A stretch of 64,000 nucleotides of DNA from an uncultured Armatimonadia bacterium (GTDB lineage Bacteria; Armatimonadota; Zipacnadia; CAVVLO01), in contig CAVVLO010000003.1 in the NCBI GenBank assembly GCA_963749155.1, positions 1-64,000 on the forward strand, read 5' to 3'. This document shows positions 42,452-53,310 of the stretch, one piece after another (the first letter of the stretch is position 1; every line of letters starts with the position of its first letter). The notes below the pieces were generated by a model. The model was not told where the DNA came from, ran no database searches, and saw nothing but the letters and a program-made list of their open reading frames with translations. The position numbers and the translations under genes are program-made.

Positions 42452-42702
42452 TCTATCTGACAGCTTAACCGACCAGCGATCACCTCGAACTAGCGGGGGT
42501 GCGGGGGCACTGCCCCCGCGCTGTTCTGTAGCCTTTCCCTGATGTTTCAGTTTCCTGACCCCAGGTCAGGTCGTTCCTGATACCTGGACATGCCGGTCCT
42601 GTTGCGTGAGGGGGTCTAGGCCACTCCTGTCCTATAACCAGGCCTCTGCTCCTTGCCCTCCGGATATTTCCGAAGAGTAAATCTTTCGCAAACCTTTGCC
42701 CT

Positions 42703-42784
42703 AACTGGCACGCCAGGTCGCACTTTGGCACGTTTCTTGTGTCGCTATAAGCCCCGGGTGGGAGGGGGTTTGGGATGGGGTTTT
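42703..42784 (+). repeat. 82-bp upstream element, copy 1 (tandem TGGCACG plus G-tracts)
   Basis: 76/82 nt identical to 45510..45591 by manual alignment. Confidence 0.9.
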
Positions 42785-43000
42785 GAGAGCCTTTGTTACG
42801 CTTTCTGCAACTGTTCGGAAACAGGACGGTTGCAGGATTTTGATCTCGCTCAGCCAGGCACGAGAGGGCGCTAGCGCTCCAGGACGCTCCGAACTGGCTC
42901 CAATTGCTGCCGGAATCCCCTCATGCATACCCTTCGCGCCTTCCCCCAGCCTCCACTCGCTGTTATGATAGAAGCCTCACACAGCAGGGAGTGAAAGACT

Positions 43001-45460
43001 TTGAAGAACTCTCACGCGGCCTCGCGGTGCGCTCTTGGAGCAATGATTGCAATGCTCTGCCTCGGTTTTTATGGAGCTTCTTTCCCCCAGCCTCTAATGC
43101 CCAGCCTGATTGTCTCGGGCGAGGAGACCCTGGTCGCCTCTGCCATCGCCACCGAACCTCCTTTCAACGCTGATGGCACTGGGAAATTGGACGCCACCGA
43201 GGCTATCCAAGCAGCTCTGAACGCCGTCGGAAGCGCTGGAGGCGGGGTTGTCTACCTTCCTCCGGGGCGTTATCTGCTTGGGGGGACACTGAAACTGCCG
43301 TATGCGACTACCCTCGCCGGCGCTGCAGAACCCCTGGCCAGGAATGATATCGCCTCAGGTACCCTCCTGCTCGTTACAAGCGCAGGCGGTGATGAGCAAG
43401 CTCCTCCCCTGCTCGACCTGATGGCGGTCGAATGCGGCCTGATGCACCTGGCCATCTACTACCCTCTGCAGCGGCCTGATGCGCCTGTGCCCTATCCTTT
43501 CACCATCAGCGGTCAGATGATGAGAGTGCGCGATATTATCCTCTGCAACAGCTACAACGGCGTGGAAGTGAAAGCCGTCAACTGCAGTGTCATCGCCCGA
43601 GTACGCGGCACTGCTCTCCGAAGGGGGCTTGTCGCCCCACACAGCGGAGAATTCTCCTGGATGCATGAGGTGCAGTTCTCGCCTGATTTCTGGGCCGATA
43701 CCGCGGACCAACTTGGCGATCCGAACTGGCGCGCCGGAGATGCGGAACTGATCTCCGACTATTGTAAGGCTAATCTGGTTGGGTTTGAGTTTGGCCGGAT
43801 TGATGGGATCGCCCTCTACAGGTGCGGGGCAGAAACGTCCAAAACTGGCTTCCTCGTCCAGAAACGCCCCGAGGAGAACCCCCACCCCGTATTTGGCCTG
43901 GGTGGCGCAGTTGCCGGGCTGATTGGGAGTCGCGAAGAAGTCGGCTGGGATCCCTGGTACTATGGCCTGCATTACGCTGACCTCGACCTGGTGCCTGAGG
44001 CGAAGGACAGAAGCTACGAGTTCGCCGCCACCCCCAAAGCCGCGCGCACGAGCGATGAGGCTTTCTTCCTCGTCACCAAGCCCCCCTATGGAGCGGTTGG
44101 GAATGGCCAGGTAGATGACACCGAAGCTCTCGAGAAGGCCCTTGCAGAGGCCGGTGATGCGGGCGGTGGGATCGTCTATCTCCCCCAGGGCGAATACAAG
44201 ATAACGCGCCCTCTGACCGTGCCCGAGGGTGTCGAATTGCGCGGCCCACTCGGTGTGAACAAGGCCCGCGAGTACCGTCAGACTTGCGCGCTGGCCTGTT
44301 ATGTGGACGCTGGGGCTGCTGAGGCCGAGACTGCCCCTGCCTTCATCACTCTCGAGGCCCACTCAGGCTTGCGCGGCCTCAGTGTCATCTACCCCGAGCA
44401 GTCATACGAGCCCGAGGCCTTTAAGGCTTACCCCTACACGGTCCGGGGCGCTGGTGAAGGGGTCTGGGTGGTCGATGTGCTGCTGGTTAACTCCTGGCTT
44501 GGGATCGACTTTTCCACGTACAGGTGTGACAGCCATCTGGTGCGTGATGTCTGGGCCACCGCGCTGCGCAAGGGGCTGGCAGTTGGAGGCGGCTCGCGCG
44601 ATGGGCAACTGGAGCGTGTTACCTTCTCTTATGGTCCCTGGGCCGAGGCGGGGCGCTTTGCGGCCAACAAGACCGAAAGCACCACGAGTGCTCTTTCTGC
44701 CTGGTCAGCCGCTGAAACCCTCTTCTACGAGTTTGGAGACTGTCAAAACGAGACGACCTGGGGCCTGGCAGGCTTCCTGCCCAAGGTGCAGTACCATTTC
44801 GTCGACCAGGGCGCCGGAGGTTGCCGCGATGCGGAGTTTTGGCTTTCTCTCCACGATGTCGCCCAGCGCACCAGTGTGCAACTCGACAGCGGAAGTGATA
44901 TCGATTTTCTCGGTTACTTCGTGACTGGCTCTTACGACCGGCAGCGCAACTGGTTCGAACTTGGGAAGGACTTCGCCGGGCCTGTCTCCTTCTATGCCAT
45001 CGCGGTCCACCCCCCAGGGGTAAACCACCCCTTCCGCTGCGCGCCCGCGCAGGTGAGCTACTACCCCGAGGCTTCTCTCACGACCGGGAGACCAGTGACC
45101 GCCAGCGCAGGGGCGCCTGATAGCGCAGTGGATCGCTCTCTTTGGACCTTATGGGAGGCCCCTCTCGGCGCCACTCTCCAGGTGGACCTGGGCGAAGAGT
45201 TCCTCCTTAACCGGTGCGCAATTGCGACTGGTGGGTTTACTCAGTTGACCGAGCAGCAGCAGCTTGAAGCCGACTTGTTTGTAAGCCTCGATGGGCAGGA
45301 TTTCCGCCCGGTTGCCCACCTTGCGACTGGCGAATTTTTCTGGGTGGACCAGCCAGTGGAGCCTGTCCGCGCCCGCTATGTCGAGCTGCGCATCACTGGT
45401 TGCGCCGTGGACGGCCTGGCTCATATCGCGAGTTTCGATGTGTTTGGGAACCTTGACTGA
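43001..45460 (+). CDS. Secreted protein with two Pectate_lyase_3-type beta-helix modules and C-terminal F5/8-C (CBM32-like) domain
   Basis: ADGTGKLDATEAIQAAL..GGGVVYLPPGRY and GAVGNGQVDDTEALEKAL..GGGIVYLPQGEY; LQVDLG..ARYVELRI. Confidence 0.8.
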   Translation: MKNSHAASRCALGAMIAMLCLGFYGASFPQPLMPSLIVSGEETLVASAIATEPPFNADGTGKLDATEAIQAALNAVGSAGGGVVYLPPGRYLLGGTLKLPYATTLAGAAEPLARNDIASGTLLLVTSAGGDEQAPPLLDLMAVECGLMHLAIYYPLQRPDAPVPYPFTISGQMMRVRDIILCNSYNGVEVKAVNCSVIARVRGTALRRGLVAPHSGEFSWMHEVQFSPDFWADTADQLGDPNWRAGDAELISDYCKANLVGFEFGRIDGIALYRCGAETSKTGFLVQKRPEENPHPVFGLGGAVAGLIGSREEVGWDPWYYGLHYADLDLVPEAKDRSYEFAATPKAARTSDEAFFLVTKPPYGAVGNGQVDDTEALEKALAEAGDAGGGIVYLPQGEYKITRPLTVPEGVELRGPLGVNKAREYRQTCALACYVDAGAAEAETAPAFITLEAHSGLRGLSVIYPEQSYEPEAFKAYPYTVRGAGEGVWVVDVLLVNSWLGIDFSTYRCDSHLVRDVWATALRKGLAVGGGSRDGQLERVTFSYGPWAEAGRFAANKTESTTSALSAWSAAETLFYEFGDCQNETTWGLAGFLPKVQYHFVDQGAGGCRDAEFWLSLHDVAQRTSVQLDSGSDIDFLGYFVTGSYDRQRNWFELGKDFAGPVSFYAIAVHPPGVNHPFRCAPAQVSYYPEASLTTGRPVTASAGAPDSAVDRSLWTLWEAPLGATLQVDLGEEFLLNRCAIATGGFTQLTEQQQLEADLFVSLDGQDFRPVAHLATGEFFWVDQPVEPVRARYVELRITGCAVDGLAHIASFDVFGNLD

Positions 45461-45509
45461 GACTCCTCAGCCTGTTGCAGCACCGTAAAACTTATGGAAA
45501 TCTTTCTCC

Positions 45510-45591
45510 AACTGGCACGCCAGGCCGCACTTTGGCACGATTCTTGTGTTCATATAAGCCCCGGGTGGGAGGGGGTTTGGGACGGGGTTTT
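45510..45591 (+). repeat. 82-bp upstream element, copy 2
   Basis: Direct repeat of 42703..42784. Confidence 0.9.
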
Positions 45592-45697
45592 CGAGCTTTT
45601 TTGCGAGAGAGTGTGACGCAGGAGAAAGACTTCAGCAACGCGAAAGTTACATAACAATCCAGCTAGGTCAGGTCTCTGTCTGGCTTGAGGAGGATTT

Positions 45698-47132
45698 ATG
45701 ATGAGAGCGCCACTTTTACTGGTTGTTTTGCTGCTTGCAGTCCTGCCTTTTACTTTCGTCCAAGGTGAGCCAATGAATCCAAATACCGACTGGTTCCACG
45801 ATGCCGGCTGGGGCGTCTTCGTGCATTATCTTTACGGGTTGCAGAACGGTCCTGAAAGCATAAATAGCCTCGGCATCGAAACCTCCTGGGATGAGTGCGT
45901 GGCTGCCTTCGATACTGAGCGCTTCGCAGAGCAAATGGCCGAGGTAGGCGCCCCTTATGTCATCTTCACAGTGATGCAGGTTTCGAAGTATATGATCGCG
46001 CCTAACACGACCTATGACGCCATCAGCGGATATAAGCCGGGCGAGGCTTGCGCTTCGCGCGACCTCATCTACGACCTGTCCGAGTCGCTCAGCAAGCGCG
46101 GCATCAAGCTGATGCTCTACTACACCGGCGACGGGCCACGAGGCGATGGGCAGGCCGGTGCCGCCTTTGGCTGGCAAGACCCCGTTACCTTCGATTTTGT
46201 TAAGCAGTGGAGCGACGTCGCCCGCGAATACAGCGAACGCTACGGCCAGCGTATCTCCGGCTGGTGGGTGGACGGTTGCTATCCCTGGATCGGCTACACT
46301 GATGAGAAGCTTGCCCTGTTCGCCGAGGCATTGAAAGCCGGTAATAGCAAGTCTATCGTCGCCTTCAACCGAGGCGTGGACCCTGTTGTGATGTCCTACA
46401 CGCCTGCCGACGATTACACTACCGGCGAACAAAACGGCTTCTTTGAGCTACCAGCAGGTCGCTGGCTCGATGGCGAACAGTGGCATATCCTTTCCTTCCT
46501 CGGACCGACCTGGGGCCAGCCCGGCTGCAAATACACCAAGCGAGAACTCGGCGAATATGTCTGGGAAGTAAACCAGCGTGACGGAGTCGCTTCTATCGAA
46601 GTGATGCTCTACCGAGATGGAGAACTGGACCGTTCGCAGTTTGAGCTGCTCAAGGCTGTCGGCCGCATTAAGGCCGAGTTGGACGCCAATCCACCCCAGC
46701 CCGTGCCACCTGGTAATCTGGCCTTTCGCAAGCCGGCCAGGCTGCTCAGCCTGGATGGTTCTCACGAACTGGTTGTAAACAGCGGCACGCAGTTCGCTCG
46801 GTTGGGTGTTGATGGCAATCCCGCCACCTACGCGCTGGCGGGTGGAGAATGGGCCTGGACCTATGAAACCGATCTTGTCGATCCGGCTGAGGTAAGCCGG
46901 ATCAAGATAAACTTCGCCGCTGGCTTCCCCACCGAGTTGGAGTTGCGTCTTTCGACCGATGGCGTCACCTGGCAGACGGTCGCGCAAGGCTCTGACCTCG
47001 ACGGTAGCCCCTTCGAGGCCACCTTCCCGCCGACACTGGCTCGCTATGTGCGCGTGTGTTCCCTCAAGCCCGATGGGCCCAGACCAGCCCGGCAGCCAGA
47101 TGTCCGTCTCCGAGTTGGAGGTTTATAAATAA
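45698..47132 (+). CDS. Alpha-L-fucosidase-like (GH29-like) plus F5/8-C domain (frameshift at about 47080)
   Basis: WFHDAGWGVFVHY, FDTERFA, GWWVDG; corrected C-terminus QMSVSELEVYK. Confidence 0.7.
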
Positions 47133-47173
47133 CCTGCGAACCGGTCCAGTTCGATGACTGGAGGCCAATCAGT

Positions 47174-48867
47174 ATGAGCCGACTCTCCAATTGGGCGGGC
47201 GTTTTTGCGCTCGCGTTAAGTCTGTTTGCCAGCTCTGCTTTCGCGCAGCTCGAGGGCGTCCAGAGTTATGGCTTCGTCGGCGATGGCGTCTCTCACCCGC
47301 TCTCCAGCGTCACCAGTTTCCAGGGAGAGGACACCACCGGCTGGACACTCGACCAGTGGAAGGCAGTGCTGCCGAGTGCCCAGGAACTTGGCGATGAGCT
47401 AGACGGGCTGGCGATCCAAACTTTTATCGACTCCCAGCCGCATCCTGTTAACGGCGTCGAGGTAGTGCTTCCCCCCTGCGTGGCGTTGCTCTCGCACCCA
47501 ATCATATCAGGCGCCGGGCCAATCAAGATTCGCGGCGCAGGCCAGTATCTCACCAAACTGGTTCAGGTGAACGCTGGCCTTGATGCCTGGCATCACGCGA
47601 CTCCCGACACGGTCTTCTACCCGCCGACCTTCGAGCATGGAGGCTACTATGCGGGTTTCTCGGCCGAGGGGGTGGCCTTCCAGTGCCGGGGACTTGGCGG
47701 TGTTGCGTTGCGGGTGAACCTCAATCCCGCAAGTGGCTTCCTGCGCCTCTCGGACGTCTGGATCTCGGGTGCGGGCGACCAAGGGCGCCAACCACTGGAA
47801 GCAGGCTCTTATTGCAACCGGCTGCTCCAACACTTTCCTGTCGACGGTCAACATCACGGGCGAGAACAGCGCCACCAACCAGGCCGACCTTGCAGGCGCT
47901 GCCAATGCACTCGTTTTCACGCAGGACACCGAGAGCTTCCCTGGCGCAGGGCAGTATATCTTCTTTATCCGCGACACCAATGTAATGGGCTACAATTACG
48001 CGCTGGAGTTCGATACCTTGCAATATCCTGGCACCGAGGGCGCCTTCATCTCCGACTGCAACTTCAACCAGTGTATGGGCGTGCTGTACCAGAAAAATAC
48101 CTTCTACCCCGAGTATAGCTACCGCGCCCCGCAGTACTTTCTGCACAACTGCCAGAGCGAGACCTACGGCACGATTATGGAGTTCGAAGCCGCGAGCATC
48201 ATCAAGGTCACCAATTGCCTCTTCTTCATCGACAAGCCGACCGCTCCCGGCAACACGCCGCCTGCCGATTTCGACCTGTTCCACTTCCGCAATTGTTTCG
48301 ATATAAAGTTCGCTGGCAACACGATCACCAACTATGCCGGCGCTGTGCCGCGCTATATTTTCAACTTCGAGAGCAACGTCCACGAGGCCAGCGTCTCGGG
48401 ACGCAACCAGATGTCGGCCAATGCCGGCACCAAAGCCGCACTGAACCTTGGCGCCGACTGCACGGACCTCTCGGAGACCGACAACGACTACTACGTCTGG
48501 CCGGCCGACACGGATTTCGCGGTGGGGGCGCTCAAGACCGAGGGTAATAACTTTTCGGAGGCCCAGACAAGTCGCGCTGCGGGTAAATTCGGCTGGTTCG
48601 CACAAGTACTCGCCTACTGGAGTCACCCAGCTAACCGGCAGTACGGCGGGTACGACGGATGAAAACGGCGACCTGGAGATCGTTTTTCCCGCGGGGATTT
48701 TCGCCCTGACGCCCCTCGTGCTGGTCAGCAACGGCGACAGCCTAAATGGGCCAGAGGCGACCGTCTCGGTGGTCATCGCTTCAGTGACCAACCAGGGCTT
48801 CAAGGTGCATTTCAGCGGCCAGGCAGGCGTCCCTCGGCGCGTGAACTGGCAGGCGACGGGCCAGTAG
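47174..48867 (+). CDS. Secreted tailspike-like beta-helix protein with tail-fibre-type C-terminal domain (about 2 frameshifts)
   Basis: Signal peptide ending AFA; YGFVGDG..LDGLAIQ; Asn/Cys-rich solenoid; C-terminal IVFP..F..P.V.V..VTNQGFKV..VNWQATG. Confidence 0.6.
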
Positions 48868-48873
48868 CTGTTA

Positions 48874-50031
48874 TCAGTCCAGCAGCGGCCTTAGCCACTC
48901 CGCAAGCGGGCGTTTTGGGCTGATATCGAGCTTCAGAGGCACCTTCCAGAGGTATCTCCCCTGCCCTCCAAGCCCCGTCAGGCCCGCTTTCCGGGCATGG
49001 AAAACAAGCCACGGCTTGCCTTTCAGCCAGATGAGATTGCCAATTCCGGGGCCATTCACGCTCTGCGCGCAATAATTCGGCCATTCTGGCACCTGCGTCT
49101 GCAGCAGATAGAGCACTTCTTTACCTGGCGAGGGGTTGCCCCAGAGGTTGTCCGGATCGTCGCGGTAGGCCTTCTCATAAGTCTTGCCCTCGGGCGGGAT
49201 TAGGCTGTCCGACCACGCGACGCCGATCTTGTAGTTGGCCTGGTCGAAGTCGCCGACATTGTAGAAGAGCGCGTAGTGCTCGCCGCAGCGCGCAATGTGG
49301 GTTGCCTCGACGATCTGCATCCCACCGGGCGGATTACGATCCTCCGAGCGCAGGCCCTCTGGGCTGAGAAGGGGTCTGGGGCGGAAGCTCCGGTCGATAC
49401 GGCCTGGCGCGAGCATCCGCTGCGCCAGGATGTGGACGTTGCCATCTGGCGCCTCAGGCGGATAACTGGAGTCATAGATGAGATACAGCGTCCCGTCCTC
49501 GTCTCGCACCAGCTCCGAGTCGTAGGCGTCTACCCCCGCGGCTCTGTCGCCGACCAGCACGCGGTCGAAGCGCCACTTCGTGATCGGCTTGTCAGCTGTC
49601 CATTCTCCTGCTTCCTGTGGGAGAAAGTGCGCGACCACCGTACGAAACCAACCATAGTGGATAGTGCCGTACCCATGCCAGGTGCCATCGGTGTGGTGGT
49701 AGGGACGGAAACTCCAGAATCCACTCGGCCCGAAGTGTCCCTCGCTGCCGAAGTCTACCTCCAGCGGTATCAGCCGCGTCGTTCCCGGCGTGAAGTCAGT
49801 CGTGACGGCCATCCGGAAACCAGTGCCAGTTATGTAGTAATTATTACTACCTGATAATCCTGCTGCAGGTAGGAATACATACGGATCTGGGAAAGCCCAG
49901 GCCTGGCCTCCTTCATCAATACGCTCATCCAGCACTGGCGAGATGCCCGCTGGACGCGCATAAGCCGAATTGCAGCCAATCAGCAGGACAGACAACAGGA
50001 AACACGCAGCAAGCTCTGAAAACGACGTCAC
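48874..50031 (-). CDS. GH43-like five-bladed propeller glycoside hydrolase
   Basis: FPDP, DSELVRDEDGTLYLIY, IVEATH, GPG..WLVFHA; GTGA overlap with upstream gene. Confidence 0.75.
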   Translation of the reverse strand: MTSFSELAACFLLSVLLIGCNSAYARPAGISPVLDERIDEGGQAWAFPDPYVFLPAAGLSGSNNYYITGTGFRMAVTTDFTPGTTRLIPLEVDFGSEGHFGPSGFWSFRPYHHTDGTWHGYGTIHYGWFRTVVAHFLPQEAGEWTADKPITKWRFDRVLVGDRAAGVDAYDSELVRDEDGTLYLIYDSSYPPEAPDGNVHILAQRMLAPGRIDRSFRPRPLLSPEGLRSEDRNPPGGMQIVEATHIARCGEHYALFYNVGDFDQANYKIGVAWSDSLIPPEGKTYEKAYRDDPDNLWGNPSPGKEVLYLLQTQVPEWPNYCAQSVNGPGIGNLIWLKGKPWLVFHARKAGLTGLGGQGRYLWKVPLKLDISPKRPLAEWLRPLLD

Positions 50032-52944
50032 TCGGTCCTCTCCTTCCCCGCTTCCAGGACTCGGTCGACCAGCCCTCCGGGCTTGCACGGGCCGCTGGCA
50101 TCCTGCCCGGCCAAGGCCGCGGGCAACGCCCACAGCATCATATCCTGATAGTAGTCGTTGCCGAACACCCGCTCGCCGGTGTCCACATCTCCTCGCATTA
50201 TATTGGGCATATCCCAGGTATAGCCCTGCAGGCAGATGAGGTTGTCCCAGCTCTTGCGCGCCAGTTCGAGGCCAAAGTCGCGCTCTCCAGCGTACATATA
50301 GGTCATCGCCAGCATCAGCAGCTCGGGTGGGAAGTAGCTGAAGGCTCCGTATCCGCCAGGATTGGCGACCGACCCATCAGGATTGGCGTAGTTGACGGCA
50401 CCATGGCGCGAGATGGTCACGTTGCAGCGCTTGATAGTCTCAAGCGTCTGCTTGATACGGTGCTCCGGCAGCGTTGCCGGCAAGCCGTGGAAGGCACTGA
50501 TCCACTCCCCGTCCAGTTGGTAACCGAAGACGAAGTCCGAGCGTTGGCCGGTCTCTGGCTCGAAGTAGTTGAGGTAATAGCCGCGGTCATCCCACAGGCG
50601 CTCTTCCATCGCCCTCTGAGCTTCGGCGATCCACTCGGTCACCTGCCGCTCGAACTCCGCATCACCGACCTCGCGAGCCATCCGCTGGACAATGCGCAGC
50701 TCCGCCAGGTGCAGGTCGCCGATATGGGCCGTCATCCCCGCCCAGCCAGGCTCGGGCGCCTCGAACCACTCTGTCCCGACATTGCCATCGGGCATCGAGA
50801 TGATACGCTCGCCGACGCTGTAGCTCGGGGTCGTGCGCAATTCAACCGTATGGCAGACACTCGCCTTCATCATCGGGTACAGCTCGCGCGTAAGGGTCTT
50901 GTCCGCGTCATCGCAGCACAGCAGAAAGCGGTCCACGATACCGGCCAGGCTTATACCGTTACTTGCGAACTGGTAGCCGCGAGTCGGGCAGGCGAAGTCG
51001 ATGGGTGGCGTCTGACCTGTGCAGCCACCGAAGATCCACGGCGGGGCGCCGTCCGGAAGCTGATAACCCTGGTAGCCGCGGATTGTAGAAAGCTGCAGCT
51101 CAGGGAAAAAGTATGCGAGCGGCAGGCTGCCGTAGAAGCTGCAGGGGATGCACTCAATCTGCGGGCAACCGCGAGGGCACTCGTTGAGCCCGAACAAGCC
51201 GTCTTCTTCCCTCACCCAGTCGGGCAGCGGTTCCGCTTTCTGGGCCCAGTAGCCATCCTCGGTGATCATATACAGCACATTTATCAGCGAGTCTCGCAGC
51301 CAGCCGGGCAGGTTCTCGTCCGTGTAAACAGCCTGCTGCCAGGCGGCAACCCGGTGGAAGAGGCGCTCCCGACGGCTGGCCAGCATATGAGCGGTGACCG
51401 CTGCGTCGGGGTAGTAGCGCGAGTACATATGGGTGAAGGTGTTGCCCAGCGGCGAGGCGTTGTAGCCGCCTCCCCTCCACGTCGGGGCCGACCAGGTCAG
51501 CAGGAAGGGGACTACTCGTTCCTCTCCCGGCGCCAGGTCGAAGTCTACGGCGAGGGTAGCGCTGGCGTCGTCGTCGCGTGGCTCGGGCAGGCGGTCAGCG
51601 ATGCCTTCCCAGGCCTTGCGGGAGGTCTTAAGCCCGCCGCCAACGCGCACCAGCGGCTCTCTCGCAACGCTCAGGGTGTAGGAGGCCAGCTTGCCCGTCA
51701 CTTCGACGCCATGCACGCCACCCGAAAGCGGCTTGCGAGCGAAGTGGTCGGTGCCAGCTTCAGCCTGAGTTGGCCCGGGGAAGGTCATCACGACCGTGCC
51801 GGAGTGCGGCTTGTTGTCGGGGTTGGCAAGTTGCACCTCGAAGGCCGCCCCCGGCAGCATCGACTCCTCGACCTCGCCTGGGATAAAGGGCGACCAGGCG
51901 CGCAGGCCGACCTGGATGGGCGCCGAGGTCTGGAACTCCATATCGGCGACCGGATAGTGGCCCCAGTAGGTGATCTCGTCGGCCTGCTGCAGCTTGCTAC
52001 CGGCGTTGAACAACCCTCCCAGTGTGGCCTCGCGACTGATGGAGTCATACGTCCAGACGCCGTTTGGGTTAGCCTCATCGCTCCAGTCGGCGGCCAGATC
52101 CCAGATCTGCCCTCCGAGAGAAAGCTTCATATCGACGCCGACATAATCGCCAAAGGCGCCGGCAGGGGTAAGGAGCAACTCCAGCGTGTCGCCCTCGGTC
52201 ACCTGCATGGTTAGAGCGGCCTCTCCCCGGCTCCCGGATGCCAGGGAAAGAGGCTGGGACGAGGTTGGCCCAGCTTCCAGGCGCCCTCCGGTGAGGGGCT
52301 CGCCCGACTTGCGGAGCTCCCAGAGCTGCGGCCTGTCTACGTCACGTGGAAGCCAGAGGCCGCCCTCGAGAGTGAGTTCGCCGTCCGCTGGACTGGTCCA
52401 CCGCAGCACCGCCGGACTGTGGCAGGCGACACGCCCCTCAGGCACATCGAAGGGGAAGTCGCCAACACTTTTGAGCCAGGCCGGCAGCGAAACAGGCCCA
52501 GGCGCCCAAAGGCGCTGATGAGGGCCAAGCGTAGGTTCGAGGTCCCAATGTTCAAGCGACACCAACCCCGTGGCGGCAGCAGGCCGGGGCCTGCACAGCA
52601 CCCAGGTCTTCCCCTCGACTGCAAGCCCAAGGTAAGGCAGCCCGAGCGGTCCGCGGCGCGGCACGTGGCTGTTGAAAAGCGTGCAATAACCGAGCAGCCC
52701 ATCGGTCTCGAGGTCGAGGCAGACCGGTATCCACGCCGCCAACAGGCATCCCGTTGGTGACGAGGTCGGCGGTGCGATAAAGCACTCCCCACACAGGGGC
52801 GGAGTAGCCCTCCGCCTCGAACTGGCGCCACTGCCGCGAGGGCAGACCAGACGGGAATAACGACTTGGTAGTGGCATCGCTCATAGCGATTCCCCCCATC
52901 AGGGCAAACAGTAGTCGAAGCCCGGCCAGGGGTCTGGTCGCCAT
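50028..52944 (-). CDS. GH116 glycoside hydrolase with inserted beta-sandwich domain (frameshift at about 52730)
   Basis: GMPVGGVDTG-CLDL N-terminal motif, YWGHYPVA, AWSPFIP, FFPELQ, QLDGEW, DYYQDM. Confidence 0.8.
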
Positions 52945-53169
52945 CCCACCACCTCCAAAGGCTCAGTGCCTGCCTCACTGGTGATCGTCCAACCTCAATC
53001 AGGCCAGGCCATACCCCCGCGCTGTCTTTCGCCACACCTGGTTGAATTCCTATCGACCAGTGGTGGGTAACTGGGTTTGGGTCTTTCAAGACTACCGCCT
53101 GCAAGAAAACTTCAGCCACGCGACTGTAAACGTTGCTTATACTTGGTCTTGCTGGAGCCTCGGTATTGG

Positions 53170-53230
53170 GTTTCTTGTACCGTTTTAACTCCAGGTGGGG
53201 GGGGATTGGGAGGGGATTTCGGATTTTTTC
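53170..53230 (+). repeat. Degenerate third copy of the G-tract element
   Basis: GTTTCTTGT..TAACTCCAGGTGGGGGGGGATTGGGAGGGGATTTC aligns with the 3' half of copies 1 and 2; TGGCACG boxes are absent. Confidence 0.6.
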
Positions 53231-53310
53231 GACAGTGCTTGCGGCAAGGGAAAGGAGCCTGTACCCCGAAGGTAACCTGTACCCGGACACATCCTGAAGG
53301 AGGGTCCTCT

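Noticed and set aside
41755..42483. 242-aa minus-strand ORF
   Set aside because: Overlaps rnpB on the opposite strand; spurious.
42703..45591. CRISPR array or IS ends
   Set aside because: Only two long direct copies 2.8 kb apart; no spacer periodicity, cas genes, inverted repeats or transposase.
47174..48867. Prophage
   Set aside because: No other phage structural, lysis or integration gene nearby.
50403..52214. 603-aa plus-strand ORF
   Set aside because: Antisense to the GH116 gene with no recognisable domain.
53032..53066. Imperfect hairpin upstream of GH116 as a riboswitch
   Set aside because: No recognisable aptamer consensus; a single hairpin is insufficient evidence.
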